A DNA stretch of 64,000 nt, from positions 3,680,001 through 3,744,000 of the forward strand of contig OZ220744.1 in NCBI GenBank assembly GCA_965116925.1, in the 5' to 3' direction. Under the pieces are notes generated by a model that saw nothing but the letters and a program-made list of their open reading frames with translations, searched no databases and was not told where the DNA came from. The first letter of the stretch is position 1. Each line of letters begins with the position of its first letter. Made by a program: the position numbers and the translations under genes. Below, one piece after another: positions 40,464 through 50,371 of the stretch. The DNA comes from Candidatus Poribacteria bacterium (GTDB lineage Bacteria; Poribacteria; WGA-4E; PCPOR2b).

Positions 40464-41246
40464 TTACTCTATTCGTATATTTTCTGGTGTTAAACCTTGC
40501 ACTTTTTCTATGAAGTTTGTTACCTCATTTACTGTTGGGTTGTCCCCCGCATGTTCAATGGCATTGCGTAGTTTTTTTAGCTCATTACCAATGAGATCAC
40601 ATTTTATATCATCATGACATACTCCTTTTATTGTGGCGATTTCGTCACGATACCCTCCTCGTTTTTCCCAATTCCTGTATATTTGTGTGATTGCTACAGC
40701 GGGGGCTTCTTGTTGGCTTCTTGGATAAGGTTGATTTTGTATTATTTTGTGCATTGTTTCTTCTGATCTCTTGCACATCTTTTTGAAGTCGCCGAGTATT
40801 GCTATGATTGGGTTATCATCAACTTTTATTTCTAGCCTTGTTTGTGTTGGCGTTATATTTCTAAAGAGCGCTGAGAACGTGGGGGATATTGCTTTCACTT
40901 CTCGGCATAAAACTTCAATTCTTTCCATTCTATCATTTGATTCAGGTCTGATAAATCTAATAAGTGTTTCCTGTGACAATCCTAGATTCTCCATGATTCT
41001 ATTGAATGTCGTGGACTTTCCTTCTCGGATTATGTCCAGTGCCGCGCTTATAAAATGGCGGTAATCTGATAAGTCAGTTGATTCCCATGCTTGTGTTGTA
41101 TTACTTGGATATATTATGCCGATTGGCTCTCCTTCATATTCCATGAGCTTTTCTTCTAATTCTGAAACGGTTATAATTTCTGTTGGTGGATGTCTTATAT
41201 CATCTATCTCATTGAATATATCTTTTACCCTTTGTTTAATAGTCAT
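40464..41246 (-). CDS. AT-rich hypothetical protein with C-terminal HEPN-like Rx4H motif
   Basis: KKLRNAIEHA near the helical C-terminus; SD AAAGGGA. Confidence 0.6.
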   Translation of the reverse strand: MTIKQRVKDIFNEIDDIRHPPTEIITVSELEEKLMEYEGEPIGIIYPSNTTQAWESTDLSDYRHFISAALDIIREGKSTTFNRIMENLGLSQETLIRFIRPESNDRMERIEVLCREVKAISPTFSALFRNITPTQTRLEIKVDDNPIIAILGDFKKMCKRSEETMHKIIQNQPYPRSQQEAPAVAITQIYRNWEKRGGYRDEIATIKGVCHDDIKCDLIGNELKKLRNAIEHAGDNPTVNEVTNFIEKVQGLTPENIRIE

Positions 41247-41262
41247 TTGAGTTCCCTTTCAA

Positions 41263-41330
41263 ATCCCTATCTCTTGAAGTTTCGCCACAAGGGAGGCGTG
41301 GGGAGGTGTGCCTCCGTTGGGGCTTTTATC
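41263..41330 (-). repeat. 68-bp leader repeat, copy 1
   Basis: 60/68 identical to 42237..42304, with a 29-bp identical core. Confidence 0.9.
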
Positions 41331-41386
41331 GCCCATCAAGCTCACAAGTCCCACACGGGTTATCATTTATTTATAAGCGCGTCAGT

Positions 41387-42217
41387 TTATTGATTCAACT
41401 TCGCCCGCGACTCTGCCTTTAGTTCGTAAACGGTGAATGTGTCGGTTCGTGATCCTGTCGGCTTTTGTTTGCGGCTGCCTAGTTGAATATACAGAACTTT
41501 GTCGAAGTTGCATGTGTATTGAGCTTCTTTTGCTGCGTCCGCTAGCGTGAAGTAGTCTATGGTTCCGTCGTTGACGATTATCAGCCATTTTTGGTCGCAG
41601 TTCACCTTGTAGCACGGTATATCTTTGTTTTTCTCGTCTATGACGGCTTGCATTTCTTCGACTTCAATTATTTTGAGGAATCCCGCTCTACTGTGCCTGA
41701 AGGTGTACTTTTCATCTATATTTGCCCGGTCTGGGTAGTAGAGAATATCTATGCTTGATATGTTGTTTTTTATGAATAACCTGTAAAATTTTTCGGGGTC
41801 GTTCTGTTCGTATTCTTGGCTGTTTGTGATTGATTCGTTGTGCATCATTGTGATTAAATCTGCTATCTTTTCTGCATGTTTTGTGTATTCTGTTGGCGGT
41901 TTTATAAAGTGCGGACTGCAATCTAGTGGCGGAATTCCTTTTTCGTGCAGGCTTTGTTTTATTCTTTTTTCTATGTCTTCTATAATGCCTGATTCCCTTG
42001 CTAAATTTTTACCTTTTTTCCATGCCGGTTGGTCAACAATGTCAAAGTTTCTGATTTCGCATCCTATTTTGCGATCCCCTATTTCAAAATAGTAGTCGGG
42101 CGGATCGCCTCCTTTTTGGGTTAGATGTATCGCGTTTTTTATGTGGATATTCTTTTCTTCTTTTAGGTAGTCGCCTACTATATCAACTGCTAATTTTTCT
42201 TTTTTTATGTCTGGCAT
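41387..42217 (-). CDS. AT-rich hypothetical protein, PD-(D/E)XK-like
   Basis: DPPDYYF...IGCEIR motif; start MPDIKK after GGAGAG. Confidence 0.55.
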   Translation of the reverse strand: MPDIKKEKLAVDIVGDYLKEEKNIHIKNAIHLTQKGGDPPDYYFEIGDRKIGCEIRNFDIVDQPAWKKGKNLARESGIIEDIEKRIKQSLHEKGIPPLDCSPHFIKPPTEYTKHAEKIADLITMMHNESITNSQEYEQNDPEKFYRLFIKNNISSIDILYYPDRANIDEKYTFRHSRAGFLKIIEVEEMQAVIDEKNKDIPCYKVNCDQKWLIIVNDGTIDYFTLADAAKEAQYTCNFDKVLYIQLGSRKQKPTGSRTDTFTVYELKAESRAKLNQ

Positions 42218-42236
42218 GATTGCTCTCCATTTACAT

Positions 42237-42304
42237 ATCCCCATCTTTTGAAGTGTCTCCACAAGGGAGGCGTGGGGAGGTGTGCCTGTCTTGAGGCTTT
42301 TATC
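42237..42304 (-). repeat. 68-bp leader repeat, copy 2
   Basis: Begins 3 nt after the stop of the upstream gene. Confidence 0.9.
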
Positions 42305-42307
42305 ACT

Positions 42308-42901
42308 TTAGAGAATAAAATCCAACAATAAAAGTATTCCTACAATCACACAAGCAAGAACGATAACACCACACATTCCGCGCTCTGGTTTCTGCTGTTT
42401 ACCACCATGCAAATCTAACGGCTGTTTACCGCTATGCAAAACCAATTGCGCTGGACTCCGACGCGGTATACGTGGTGGTGTCGGAACTAGATGATCCTGG
42501 TGTCTCTCCGCCCGCCAGTTCTGTTGCCGCTCCCGACGTGCTATTGCTCGCTGAATAGTATCAGTAACCATTTCGCCATCACGGTGTATTTCGCTCCCTG
42601 CAAAGCGCAATACGATCCAACCACGCAATTGCAACTCCCTTGATTGCATCCGATCTGTCCGAAATTTATACCAATTGCCGGTACGCCATTTGAACCCATC
42701 ACAATAAATAGCAATCTCCATATCGGGAAATGCAAAATCAGGGACAGTCACCGACATATTATTGAAATAATCTATCTTATACTGGGCACGCAGCTCACGA
42801 GCGCGATCCGTTCTCAGATGTGGATATAGGTTCTTTAACAACTTACATTCTATCGGAGATTCACATCGCTCCAATAATTCATTTAGTCGATCTTCATTCA
42901 T
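42308..42901 (-). CDS. DUF559/Vsr-like endonuclease domain with C-terminal TM helix
   Basis: ESPIE, AQY, PDFAFP..IAIYCDG, GWIVLRF.GSEI; hydrophobic C-terminus. Confidence 0.7.
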   Translation of the reverse strand: MNEDRLNELLERCESPIECKLLKNLYPHLRTDRARELRAQYKIDYFNNMSVTVPDFAFPDMEIAIYCDGFKWRTGNWYKFRTDRMQSRELQLRGWIVLRFAGSEIHRDGEMVTDTIQRAIARRERQQNWRAERHQDHLVPTPPRIPRRSPAQLVLHSGKQPLDLHGGKQQKPERGMCGVIVLACVIVGILLLLDFIL

Positions 42902-43030
42902 TCCAAAATTCCTAAATGTCCGATGTGATGGGCTATGAACCGAAAGTCAACAAAGCAGACGACTACGACGCTGATAAATATTAACCGCGTGTATTTGCAA
43001 GTTTTCATGGGATTCGACTTTCTGGCTTTC

Positions 43031-43330
43031 TGTACTGCCATCGGAAATTAGGGCCACTGTCTAAACCAAGATTGTGATACAATAGCAATCCAATTGAAAG
43101 GAGATTTCCGATGGCAAAACGGAGAAGATTCACCCCTCAATTTAAGGCGGAAGTTATTATTGAGGTACTTATGGGTCACAGTTCCCAAGCCGAACTGTGT
43201 CGAAGGCACAACCTCAGTGCTGAACAACTATCAAAGTGGAAGCACCAACTGGTTGAAAATGCGGCAACTCTGTTTGAATCAACCGACAAGCAATCGAAGA
43301 TTTGTGGTCTAAATTAACGGTGGCACTTCA
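43031..43330 (+). mobile_element. Internally deleted IS3-family element (300 bp)
   Basis: IRL TGTACTGCCATCGGAAATTAGGGCCAC vs IRR(rc) TGAAGTGCCACCGTTAATTTAGACCAC; truncated orfA inside. Confidence 0.8.
43111..43317 (+). pseudogene. Truncated IS3 OrfA HTH transposase
   Basis: KRRRFTPQFKAEV..SQAELCRRH..LSKWK. Confidence 0.8.
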
Positions 43331-43527
43331 GTGGACCCATTGTCGAGGCCAAAATATTGGAGCTGCTTTCCCATTATACGTGTTCACAAACCCGTGTCAA
43401 CATAAATCCTCAGTGTTCATTTCTGACGCAGATTATTGCACATGTACAACTTGTCTAATGGTACATATAAGCCCAATATTTTTGTTGACTGTAGTGTGGG
43501 AATATCGGTAAAATGTCTAACGATATT

Positions 43528-43661
43528 CGCTCATGTTAAGAAATCGTGCAACATAAACTTCGTAGGGGTCGGGTCACCCGACCCGCACTGATAAGTAAGG
43601 GCGGGGAGACCCCGCCCCTACGATCTGTTTTTGTGCTTTGCACTTTCTTTTTACATGAGCC
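43528..43661. mobile_element. MITE family D, 8-bp TSD ACGATATT
   Basis: TIRs plus perfect TSD; REP doublet inside. Confidence 0.85.
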
Positions 43662-43836
43662 ACGATATTTTTAACCGGTAGGTAGTGAAACTTAAAATTT
43701 AATCAGTGCTAAAATGGAGGCAATCCGCCGCCGATCACAGGCAACGCCACAATAGCATCAATTTTGGCGTGTCACCGGTCAAGCTCGGTGAGATTCCTTC
43801 GCTGCGGCCGGCATAACCAACCCACAAAATACTAAA

Positions 43837-45018
43837 ATGAAAATCACAGAAATATCGGTAACACCGGTTCCTTCGTATTACCCAAAGGAGCTAGGCAAAA
43901 ACGCATTTTCAGATAACATTGGTAAGCAACGGTTAGAGTGGATTGTGCGCGCCCGGACCGATAGCGGTGTAGAGGGCGTGACCATCGCTAACCGAGCGAT
44001 ACGGCAGGGGCGGGTAGAAGATCTGCTCAAGCTGTTGAAAACATCACTGCTGGGCAGAGAAGTGGACTCGCTGCTGCAGGTGGAGAACGGGGTCGTCACT
44101 GGTCCCGGCGCAGAAGTAGCCCGTACCTTCCGCAGCACTAGATGGATGGATGCTCTCGCCTTCGATCTCTACGGCAAAGCCCACAGCGTCTCAGCTATCA
44201 GCCTACTCGGGGGAAAAGTGCGCGATGCCGTGCCAGCCTATGACACCACGCTCTACTTCCAAGATTTCCTTGTCCCTGAGAAGGGCGCGAAGCAGGTCGC
44301 CGAAGAGGCTGCCGAGGCGAAGGCTGCCGGGTATCGGGCACTCAAGATAAAAACTGGACGCGGCGGTCGCTGGATGATGCCGGAAGCCGGTATGCGGCGG
44401 GATGTCAATGTGGTCTTGGGCGTTCGGGAAGCTGTTGGAGAAGATTTCCATATCTACGTTGACGCCAACTTCGGCTATGATGACCGGCTTGACCTACTCG
44501 AAGATTTCATTCGGGAGACAATCCCCGCCAACATCTACTGGCTGGAAGAGATGATAACGCACGACGTGGCTGGTTACCGCGCCATGCGAGAGATGCAGGC
44601 AAAACACGGTTCCAAAGCCTTGCTGGTGTGTGGCGAAACAGACCGCGACCCCATCAGCGAAACCTTTCGCCATCTCATCGAGGACGGCTTAATTGACGGC
44701 TACCAGCCGGACATCGTGGGCGCCGGTTACCTCCGTTGGATAGAGATTGAGGGGGCGTTGCGCGGAACAGAAGTACGTTCAATCCCGCACAACTTCGGCA
44801 ACGGCACTTTCGGAACTTTTGCGACGCTGGCATTCGGGGCGGCATCTAAGACCTTCGTGTCGCTGGAGGACGAACGCAACCTCCCTCACATCTTTGGTCC
44901 GTTTCCCCCTTTCAAGGACGGAGCATATCAGGTGGAGGAACGCCCCGGACTCGGCATTTCTGTTGATGAGGACCTATTCCAAGAAAAGTATGCTTTGCAC
45001 GAATGGCAGGTGGAGTGA
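43837..45018 (+). CDS. Enolase superfamily (MR/MLE-like) enzyme
   Basis: ALKIKTG, YVDAN, WLEE, CGE, QPD, PGLGI. Confidence 0.85.
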   Translation: MKITEISVTPVPSYYPKELGKNAFSDNIGKQRLEWIVRARTDSGVEGVTIANRAIRQGRVEDLLKLLKTSLLGREVDSLLQVENGVVTGPGAEVARTFRSTRWMDALAFDLYGKAHSVSAISLLGGKVRDAVPAYDTTLYFQDFLVPEKGAKQVAEEAAEAKAAGYRALKIKTGRGGRWMMPEAGMRRDVNVVLGVREAVGEDFHIYVDANFGYDDRLDLLEDFIRETIPANIYWLEEMITHDVAGYRAMREMQAKHGSKALLVCGETDRDPISETFRHLIEDGLIDGYQPDIVGAGYLRWIEIEGALRGTEVRSIPHNFGNGTFGTFATLAFGAASKTFVSLEDERNLPHIFGPFPPFKDGAYQVEERPGLGISVDEDLFQEKYALHEWQVE

Positions 45019-45051
45019 AGTTTTTCAGTCCTGCCTAACCCGAAGGAAACC

Positions 45052-46269
45052 ATGTTAGAAAAACACATTATCAAAGACATTCAGATTGCACCGGTCGAAA
45101 CATACTTCGGTGCTCCGGGTATGGGTCGAATTGTTGGTCGTAACTCGAAGGGCGAAAACTATGGCTACAATCAGCGTGAATGGCTGGTACAAGTAACCAC
45201 CGACAGTGGTCTCACCGGTGTAACAAACGCACGACCCGCGATGAACCGGGACAAGTTGACGGTGCTCTATGCCACACTTCAGTTGCTGCTGGGCAGAAAC
45301 GTGTTCGAGTTTTATCGCGTGAGCGGAGGTCGTGTTACAGGGGTGAACCCTCGCTGGGAGGAGTTACTGCGAGAGCACGGATTCATTGATTTCGTCATCT
45401 TTGACTTGATGGGGCGGGCACTGGATGTGCCTGCGTACCGTCTGCTTGGCGACCGTGTTCGTGATTGGGTTGAGAGCTACGACTCTACCCTTTACTTCCA
45501 AGACATGGTGCACCCCGAAGCGGGTGCCAGTGCTGTGGCTCGTGAAGCGAAGGACGCCGTTGACAACGGTTGGCGGGCAATGAAGTTGAAACTTGGTCGA
45601 CCGGGTCGCTGGTTTGAGCCGAATGCCGGCGTGGCGCGTGACATTGAAGTGGTGCACGCTGTGCGGGAAGCGGTGGGTCCAGAGATCAAAATCCTTGTTG
45701 ACGCAAACAACGGTTACGACGGCAAATTGCCGCTCTTGGAAACCTTTGTGCGTGAAACGGGCCCATCTAAAACGTTCTGGATGGAAGAGATGGTCACTGA
45801 GAACGTGGCAGACTACCGAAAACTCAAGGAGTGGCGGGACCGGTGGTCACCAGAGACGATGCTGGTGGACGGCGAGGGACATCGTGGTCGCAACACCATT
45901 TACTGGCAGCTGATGGAGGAAGGGCTGCTGGACGGTATCCAGCCTGATATGTTAGACATGGGTTTCTGGCCCTTCCACACACTCGCCCGCGACATCGAAG
46001 ATTCCGGCTATGCGACAATGATCTGTCCGCACAACTACAATGCTGCAGCGATCGGTCTACGCGGTGATATCCAGTTCGGCGCAGTGACGGAGCGATTCGT
46101 TATTGCTGAAGATTCGACGCTACATTTTGATCTTTATAACATGCAGGGATACGAATTTGAAAATGGTTATTACCAAGTGCCCACCGCGCCGGGGTTAGGT
46201 ATAGCAATTGATCAGGAACGCTATGATCGGGTGTACCGCCAGCACGAAACCGTCGTAAAGATCTTGTAG
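45052..46269 (+). CDS. Enolase superfamily enzyme, paralog of the upstream gene
   Basis: Shared YD.TLYFQD, K.K.GR.GRW, VDAN.GYD. Confidence 0.85.
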   Translation: MLEKHIIKDIQIAPVETYFGAPGMGRIVGRNSKGENYGYNQREWLVQVTTDSGLTGVTNARPAMNRDKLTVLYATLQLLLGRNVFEFYRVSGGRVTGVNPRWEELLREHGFIDFVIFDLMGRALDVPAYRLLGDRVRDWVESYDSTLYFQDMVHPEAGASAVAREAKDAVDNGWRAMKLKLGRPGRWFEPNAGVARDIEVVHAVREAVGPEIKILVDANNGYDGKLPLLETFVRETGPSKTFWMEEMVTENVADYRKLKEWRDRWSPETMLVDGEGHRGRNTIYWQLMEEGLLDGIQPDMLDMGFWPFHTLARDIEDSGYATMICPHNYNAAAIGLRGDIQFGAVTERFVIAEDSTLHFDLYNMQGYEFENGYYQVPTAPGLGIAIDQERYDRVYRQHETVVKIL

Positions 46270-46322
46270 GTCGAGTTTCCAAACTCGACGGTCGCCGTGT
46301 CGAGATATGAATCCCGCCCGAC
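46266..46322. repeat. REP doublet between convergent genes
   Basis: Homologous to 21728..21783; its GTAG overlaps the TAG stop. Confidence 0.65.
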
Positions 46323-46323
46323 T

Positions 46324-47283
46324 TTACGGAATCTGTGCGCCTTGCGTTTCTACATAGACGGAGTAAAGGGATTGACTGCCTGTCATAAACAGCCGGTTCC
46401 GCTTAACGCCGCCGAAGCAAACGTTGGAACAGACCTCTGGAAGATGGATCTTGCCGATGAGATCGCCATCGGGGGCGAAAATATGCACGCCGTCGAATCC
46501 CTCACCGACCCAACCCGCGCTTGACCAGAGGTTACCATCGACATCGCAGCGGATGCCGTCCGAAAACCCCGACCCCATGTCGCAAAACGGTTTACCGTTT
46601 GTCAAGCGAGCGTTGTCTACCACATCATAGACATAGACGTGACTCGGATGATCGGGGGTGTGTGAGATGCCGGTGTCAGAGATGTAGAGTCTGGAAAAAT
46701 CGGGAGAGAAGCAGAGACCGTTCGGTTTGTCGAGTTCGTCCGTGACGACCGTCGCCTCGCCGGTATCCGGGTTGAGCCGATAGACATTGGTCGGCAACTC
46801 GAACTCAGCGCGATGCCCTTCATAGTTCATGAGGATGCCGTATCCGGGGTCGGTGAACCAGACATGCCCGTCCGGGTGAACGATCACATCATTCGGAGCG
46901 TTCAACCGCCCTCCCTCAAAACTGTCAATCAGCACCGTGATGCTGCCGTCATACTCGGTACGGGTAACTCGGCGTGAGCCGTGTTCGCAGGTGATGAGTC
47001 TCCCCTGTTTGTCGCGGGTGTTACCGTTGCTGTTGTTGGAGGCACTACGAAAAACGCTGACTGCACCCGTTTCCTCGCTCCAACGCATTATCCGGTTGTT
47101 CGGGATGTCACTGAAAAGCAGGTAACGACCATCCCCGAACCATACTGGTCCCTCCGCCCATCGCGCTCCTGTCCACAGTCTTTCCACCGCTGAGTTGCCG
47201 ATTTTATATTTTGAGAAACGGGGGTCAATTTCTTCAATGGACGGGTCTGGATACCTGACAATATCTTGATTCCAATCTCTCAT
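46324..47283 (-). CDS. SMP-30/gluconolactonase family
   Basis: WAEGPVW, LNAPND, PNGLCFSPD, SDGIRCD. Confidence 0.92.
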   Translation of the reverse strand: MRDWNQDIVRYPDPSIEEIDPRFSKYKIGNSAVERLWTGARWAEGPVWFGDGRYLLFSDIPNNRIMRWSEETGAVSVFRSASNNSNGNTRDKQGRLITCEHGSRRVTRTEYDGSITVLIDSFEGGRLNAPNDVIVHPDGHVWFTDPGYGILMNYEGHRAEFELPTNVYRLNPDTGEATVVTDELDKPNGLCFSPDFSRLYISDTGISHTPDHPSHVYVYDVVDNARLTNGKPFCDMGSGFSDGIRCDVDGNLWSSAGWVGEGFDGVHIFAPDGDLIGKIHLPEVCSNVCFGGVKRNRLFMTGSQSLYSVYVETQGAQIP

Positions 47284-47409
47284 AGGTCTCGTTTTCCTCT
47301 GTTAGACTTGATCTGTGTTGGTTGCCTGTGGTGTCACACACCAATGGCCTTCTAGGATACAATTCTAAACCAACTGCGATATAAAATCAAGGACTTCTAC
47401 AGAGTAAAC

Positions 47410-47614
47410 TAGGGTCATTTAATTCTCCCATATTATTGCTGAATCACGGATAGACGCGGATTAACAGATTACACGGATAACAGATGCTATCGACAGTTGG
47501 CACAAGAACGCGCAATGAATTGCGCTACTACAAACGGTGGGGAGACCGGCTGCGCCGCCTGCGGATTCGTGTCACCCCGAAATCGGTCAAAAAATGGAAA
47601 ACTAAATAGCCCTA
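47410..47614. mobile_element. MITE family E, 10-bp TSD CAGAGTAAAC
   Basis: TAGGGTCATTTA...TAAATAGCCCTA with perfect flanking duplication. Confidence 0.8.
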
Positions 47615-47630
47615 CAGAGTAAACAGACTT

Positions 47631-47762
47631 GGCTCATGTAAAAAGAAAGTGCAAAATATGAACGAAATCGTAGGGGCGGGGAGACCCTGCCCGCCGTAAG
47701 GGTTGGGTGACCCAACCCCTACGAAAACTCGGTTGCTGTTGCACGCTTTCTTAACATGAGCC
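47631..47762. mobile_element. MITE family D, TSD ACAGACTT/ACAGACCT
   Basis: TIRs, REP doublet. Confidence 0.85.
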
Positions 47763-47768
47763 ACAGAC

Positions 47769-48854
47769 CTATTTTTTAGCGGCGAGAATCAGCGACTCGG
47801 CAACCTTTATGAGTTCATCTTGATGGAGCTCACCCATCACCGTAAAATTCAGATCAGAAATAGACCATTGCAAAATATGCGTTGGTCCGCGCTTTTCGTG
47901 CCGAGTTTCTGTTCCCTGAATCTGTAAGTGTTCGGTGCCCTTCCGCTCACCGTTCCGACTGTTTCCCTGTTTCCTTTTTGATTCAAACAGTGTAAAAGTC
48001 AGCATACCGTCTGTATATCGCAGATAAACTGTTTCCGAACGGTGTTTGAAATATCGGGTTTCTAGAAGTTGAAAACCGGGTGGAAGATAAGTGGGTTCGA
48101 TAAGTTTGTCCCCTAACACCGTTTTCGCCTCGTCGAGCGTGATTGGCTGGCTTCGCCGGCGTCTCCTTTCAGCCGGAGATTTTTCGTTACGATTCCACTC
48201 GACTAACTTCTGTGCAACTGCCTCCTCCTCGAAGCTAATCTGTGTGTAGACAGACATAAAACGGAGTTTCCCGTCCGGGGCAAAGTCTTCGATCCGCAGA
48301 ATGACTCCTGTGTCGCGCGCAAGGTAGAGATGTTTTGTGGGTCGTGCCTCATATTGTGGAGAAACCGTTACCAGATCGGTTTCCTGCCCTGCGATCGGAT
48401 CCGCGGGAACCAAATCGAATGTATAGTTCTGTGCGAGCAGTTCAACCTCCTTTTGGGAGAGACTTGCCATCCGTTTCCAATTCAGCGAAAATCTTCTTCG
48501 ATCCCCGCGCCTATTGTCTCGTCTGCCCTCACGCCGATTTCGCTCGCTATCTCTGTGTGATTCTTGATTGCCGAGTCTTCGGGAACGACCATCTTCCAAA
48601 ATTGGCAATACGACGACGGCATGAATATCGGGAGGTTGATGGATAACAGTTTCCTCACGAGCGATTGTCCCACGCGACGTATTCATAACAATCATGCGAG
48701 TACCGACGTAAGCAACGTTCTCCTCCGCGTTCATTATGCGCTTGAGGATCTTCAGCGACTCAGGCGATGCTTCTGCGATCGCGTTCGGCCGCAAAATCAG
48801 CAGTGTAAACACGATTAGTAATGACCAACCCACGTATCTTGGTTTTAAGATCAT
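47769..48854 (-). CDS. MucB/RseB-like periplasmic sigma-E regulator
   Basis: Signal peptide; IAGQET..VSP, TGVILR, YLPPGF, YTDG..FTLFE; follows an anti-sigma gene. Confidence 0.7.
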   Translation of the reverse strand: MILKPRYVGWSLLIVFTLLILRPNAIAEASPESLKILKRIMNAEENVAYVGTRMIVMNTSRGTIAREETVIHQPPDIHAVVVLPILEDGRSRRLGNQESHRDSERNRREGRRDNRRGDRRRFSLNWKRMASLSQKEVELLAQNYTFDLVPADPIAGQETDLVTVSPQYEARPTKHLYLARDTGVILRIEDFAPDGKLRFMSVYTQISFEEEAVAQKLVEWNRNEKSPAERRRRRSQPITLDEAKTVLGDKLIEPTYLPPGFQLLETRYFKHRSETVYLRYTDGMLTFTLFESKRKQGNSRNGERKGTEHLQIQGTETRHEKRGPTHILQWSISDLNFTVMGELHQDELIKVAESLILAAKK

Positions 48855-48859
48855 GGCTG

Positions 48860-49399
48860 TTAATCTCCTAGGTGAACTTCCAGAAGAAGATCGGTACTGT
48901 CTTCGATAGTGGTGTCCGGTATATTGGTGTCTAGGCCAAATGAATCTGCAACAGCGTACGAGTATAGAGGATTGTATGCAGTGTCCTCGGTGTGAACCGT
49001 CAGGTAGAAATCGAGGGAATCGGTTGTATATGTGTCTTCGGAACCCGGCATCATCAGATTGAAATAGACAAGTGCCAAGACCAAGCCAACCATCGCTAAT
49101 GCTCCAACGCCACTGATGGCTGGGCGACACACCCAGTCCCAAAGTTCACCAAAGCTGGGGAGCAGTCTTCGTCGAACGGGACCTCGGTCTGTCAACTGTG
49201 GCAGAACTGTATCTGCAATTGGGGGTGCTTCGGACATTAACGCGCCAATCCACTGACGATTTCGTTGAAAATCAGCGAGCATCTCGGTACACTCATGGCA
49301 TTCGCTCAGATGTGTTTCGACAACCGTGCATTGCTCTGGACTTAGCTCATTGTCCAAATATGCGGAGAGTTGGTTTTGAATGCGATCATGATTCTTCAT
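48860..49399 (-). CDS. Zinc-binding anti-sigma factor (zf-HC2) with TM helix
   Basis: LSAYLDNELS...HLSECHEC. Confidence 0.85.
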   Translation of the reverse strand: MKNHDRIQNQLSAYLDNELSPEQCTVVETHLSECHECTEMLADFQRNRQWIGALMSEAPPIADTVLPQLTDRGPVRRRLLPSFGELWDWVCRPAISGVGALAMVGLVLALVYFNLMMPGSEDTYTTDSLDFYLTVHTEDTAYNPLYSYAVADSFGLDTNIPDTTIEDSTDLLLEVHLGD

Positions 49400-49432
49400 C
49401 GTAATACCTCGTCAAGAGATCTTTCTGTTTTT

Positions 49433-50332
49433 TCAATCTCGGTGGTCTTCGAGTTTGATGATTTCCCCATTCTCTTGGGCGATATACATAAACCCCATCT
49501 TGTCGATTACAATTCCTTCTTGATCATGTCCCGGTATCAGATACTGACGGCGGACGTTACCATCCAGCGTCATCTCCTGCAACAGGTTGGTCGTATCGCT
49601 CATAACAAGCAGGCACTGACGCTCCCGATCGTAGGCAAGCCCGGAGATGTCAATGATTGAAAGCGAAAAAAAACGAGAGATCCGTCCCTCTACTGTCTTT
49701 GTTCTGGTTTTGTCAGTACCCCAAGTGGCCTTCGATGAAACGAGTGGAACAACGACTTCACAGATGACCGACGGTTCTTTCCCCTGCTTTAGACTGAAAG
49801 ATTGATTTCCGACCCAGAATGTACCGCCTTCGGGATGGAAGGCGTTTGGAATAAAGGCAATTGCCTCCAGTCCCATGCCTCCTTTTTTTAGTAGCTCTTT
49901 GCCCTCAAATTGCCGGTTAACGCTGAATTTTCGTGTGATATAAAAGTTTTGAGGGGCAATCTCAAGGATTTCTTCGTCCCCTTCAACTACAGCGTATAGG
50001 AACCCTGTCTCCGGATGGACTGTAATCCCTTCGGTGTCAGTGTATTTCAACAGTCCCTTTCGTATCAATCCTCCGTCGGTCCGTATCTCGTAGATATCTC
50101 CCTCATCGCCGACAACAAACACGGTCTGGCGTTGTGGGTGATAGGTAGCGCCCGATAGTTCACGCATCGGAATTGGGGCAATATTACCGATTGAGCTGTG
50201 TGGCAGTTGAAGCGGTGCCAATCCGTATAATGGGTTTTGTTTATGTGCAAACCGCTGCGTTTGGCGCAAAAGGAATATCAACAGCACACTGACGACGACA
50301 ACCAGAATTAGTATAAGGATCTTCTTGCCCAT
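49433..50332 (-). CDS. SdiA-regulated (YjiK-like) beta-propeller protein
   Basis: ELSGATY, DTEGIT, GLEAIAF, DISGLAYD, QEGIVID. Confidence 0.75.
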   Translation of the reverse strand: MGKKILILILVVVVSVLLIFLLRQTQRFAHKQNPLYGLAPLQLPHSSIGNIAPIPMRELSGATYHPQRQTVFVVGDEGDIYEIRTDGGLIRKGLLKYTDTEGITVHPETGFLYAVVEGDEEILEIAPQNFYITRKFSVNRQFEGKELLKKGGMGLEAIAFIPNAFHPEGGTFWVGNQSFSLKQGKEPSVICEVVVPLVSSKATWGTDKTRTKTVEGRISRFFSLSIIDISGLAYDRERQCLLVMSDTTNLLQEMTLDGNVRRQYLIPGHDQEGIVIDKMGFMYIAQENGEIIKLEDHRD

Positions 50333-50371
50333 CTCTGATATGCCCCTATCAACTTCTGCCGAAAAATTTAT

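Noticed and set aside
41263..42304. Leader repeats as CRISPR repeats or a TSD
   Set aside because: They are 974 bp apart with a whole gene between them, and are too long and diverged for a TSD.
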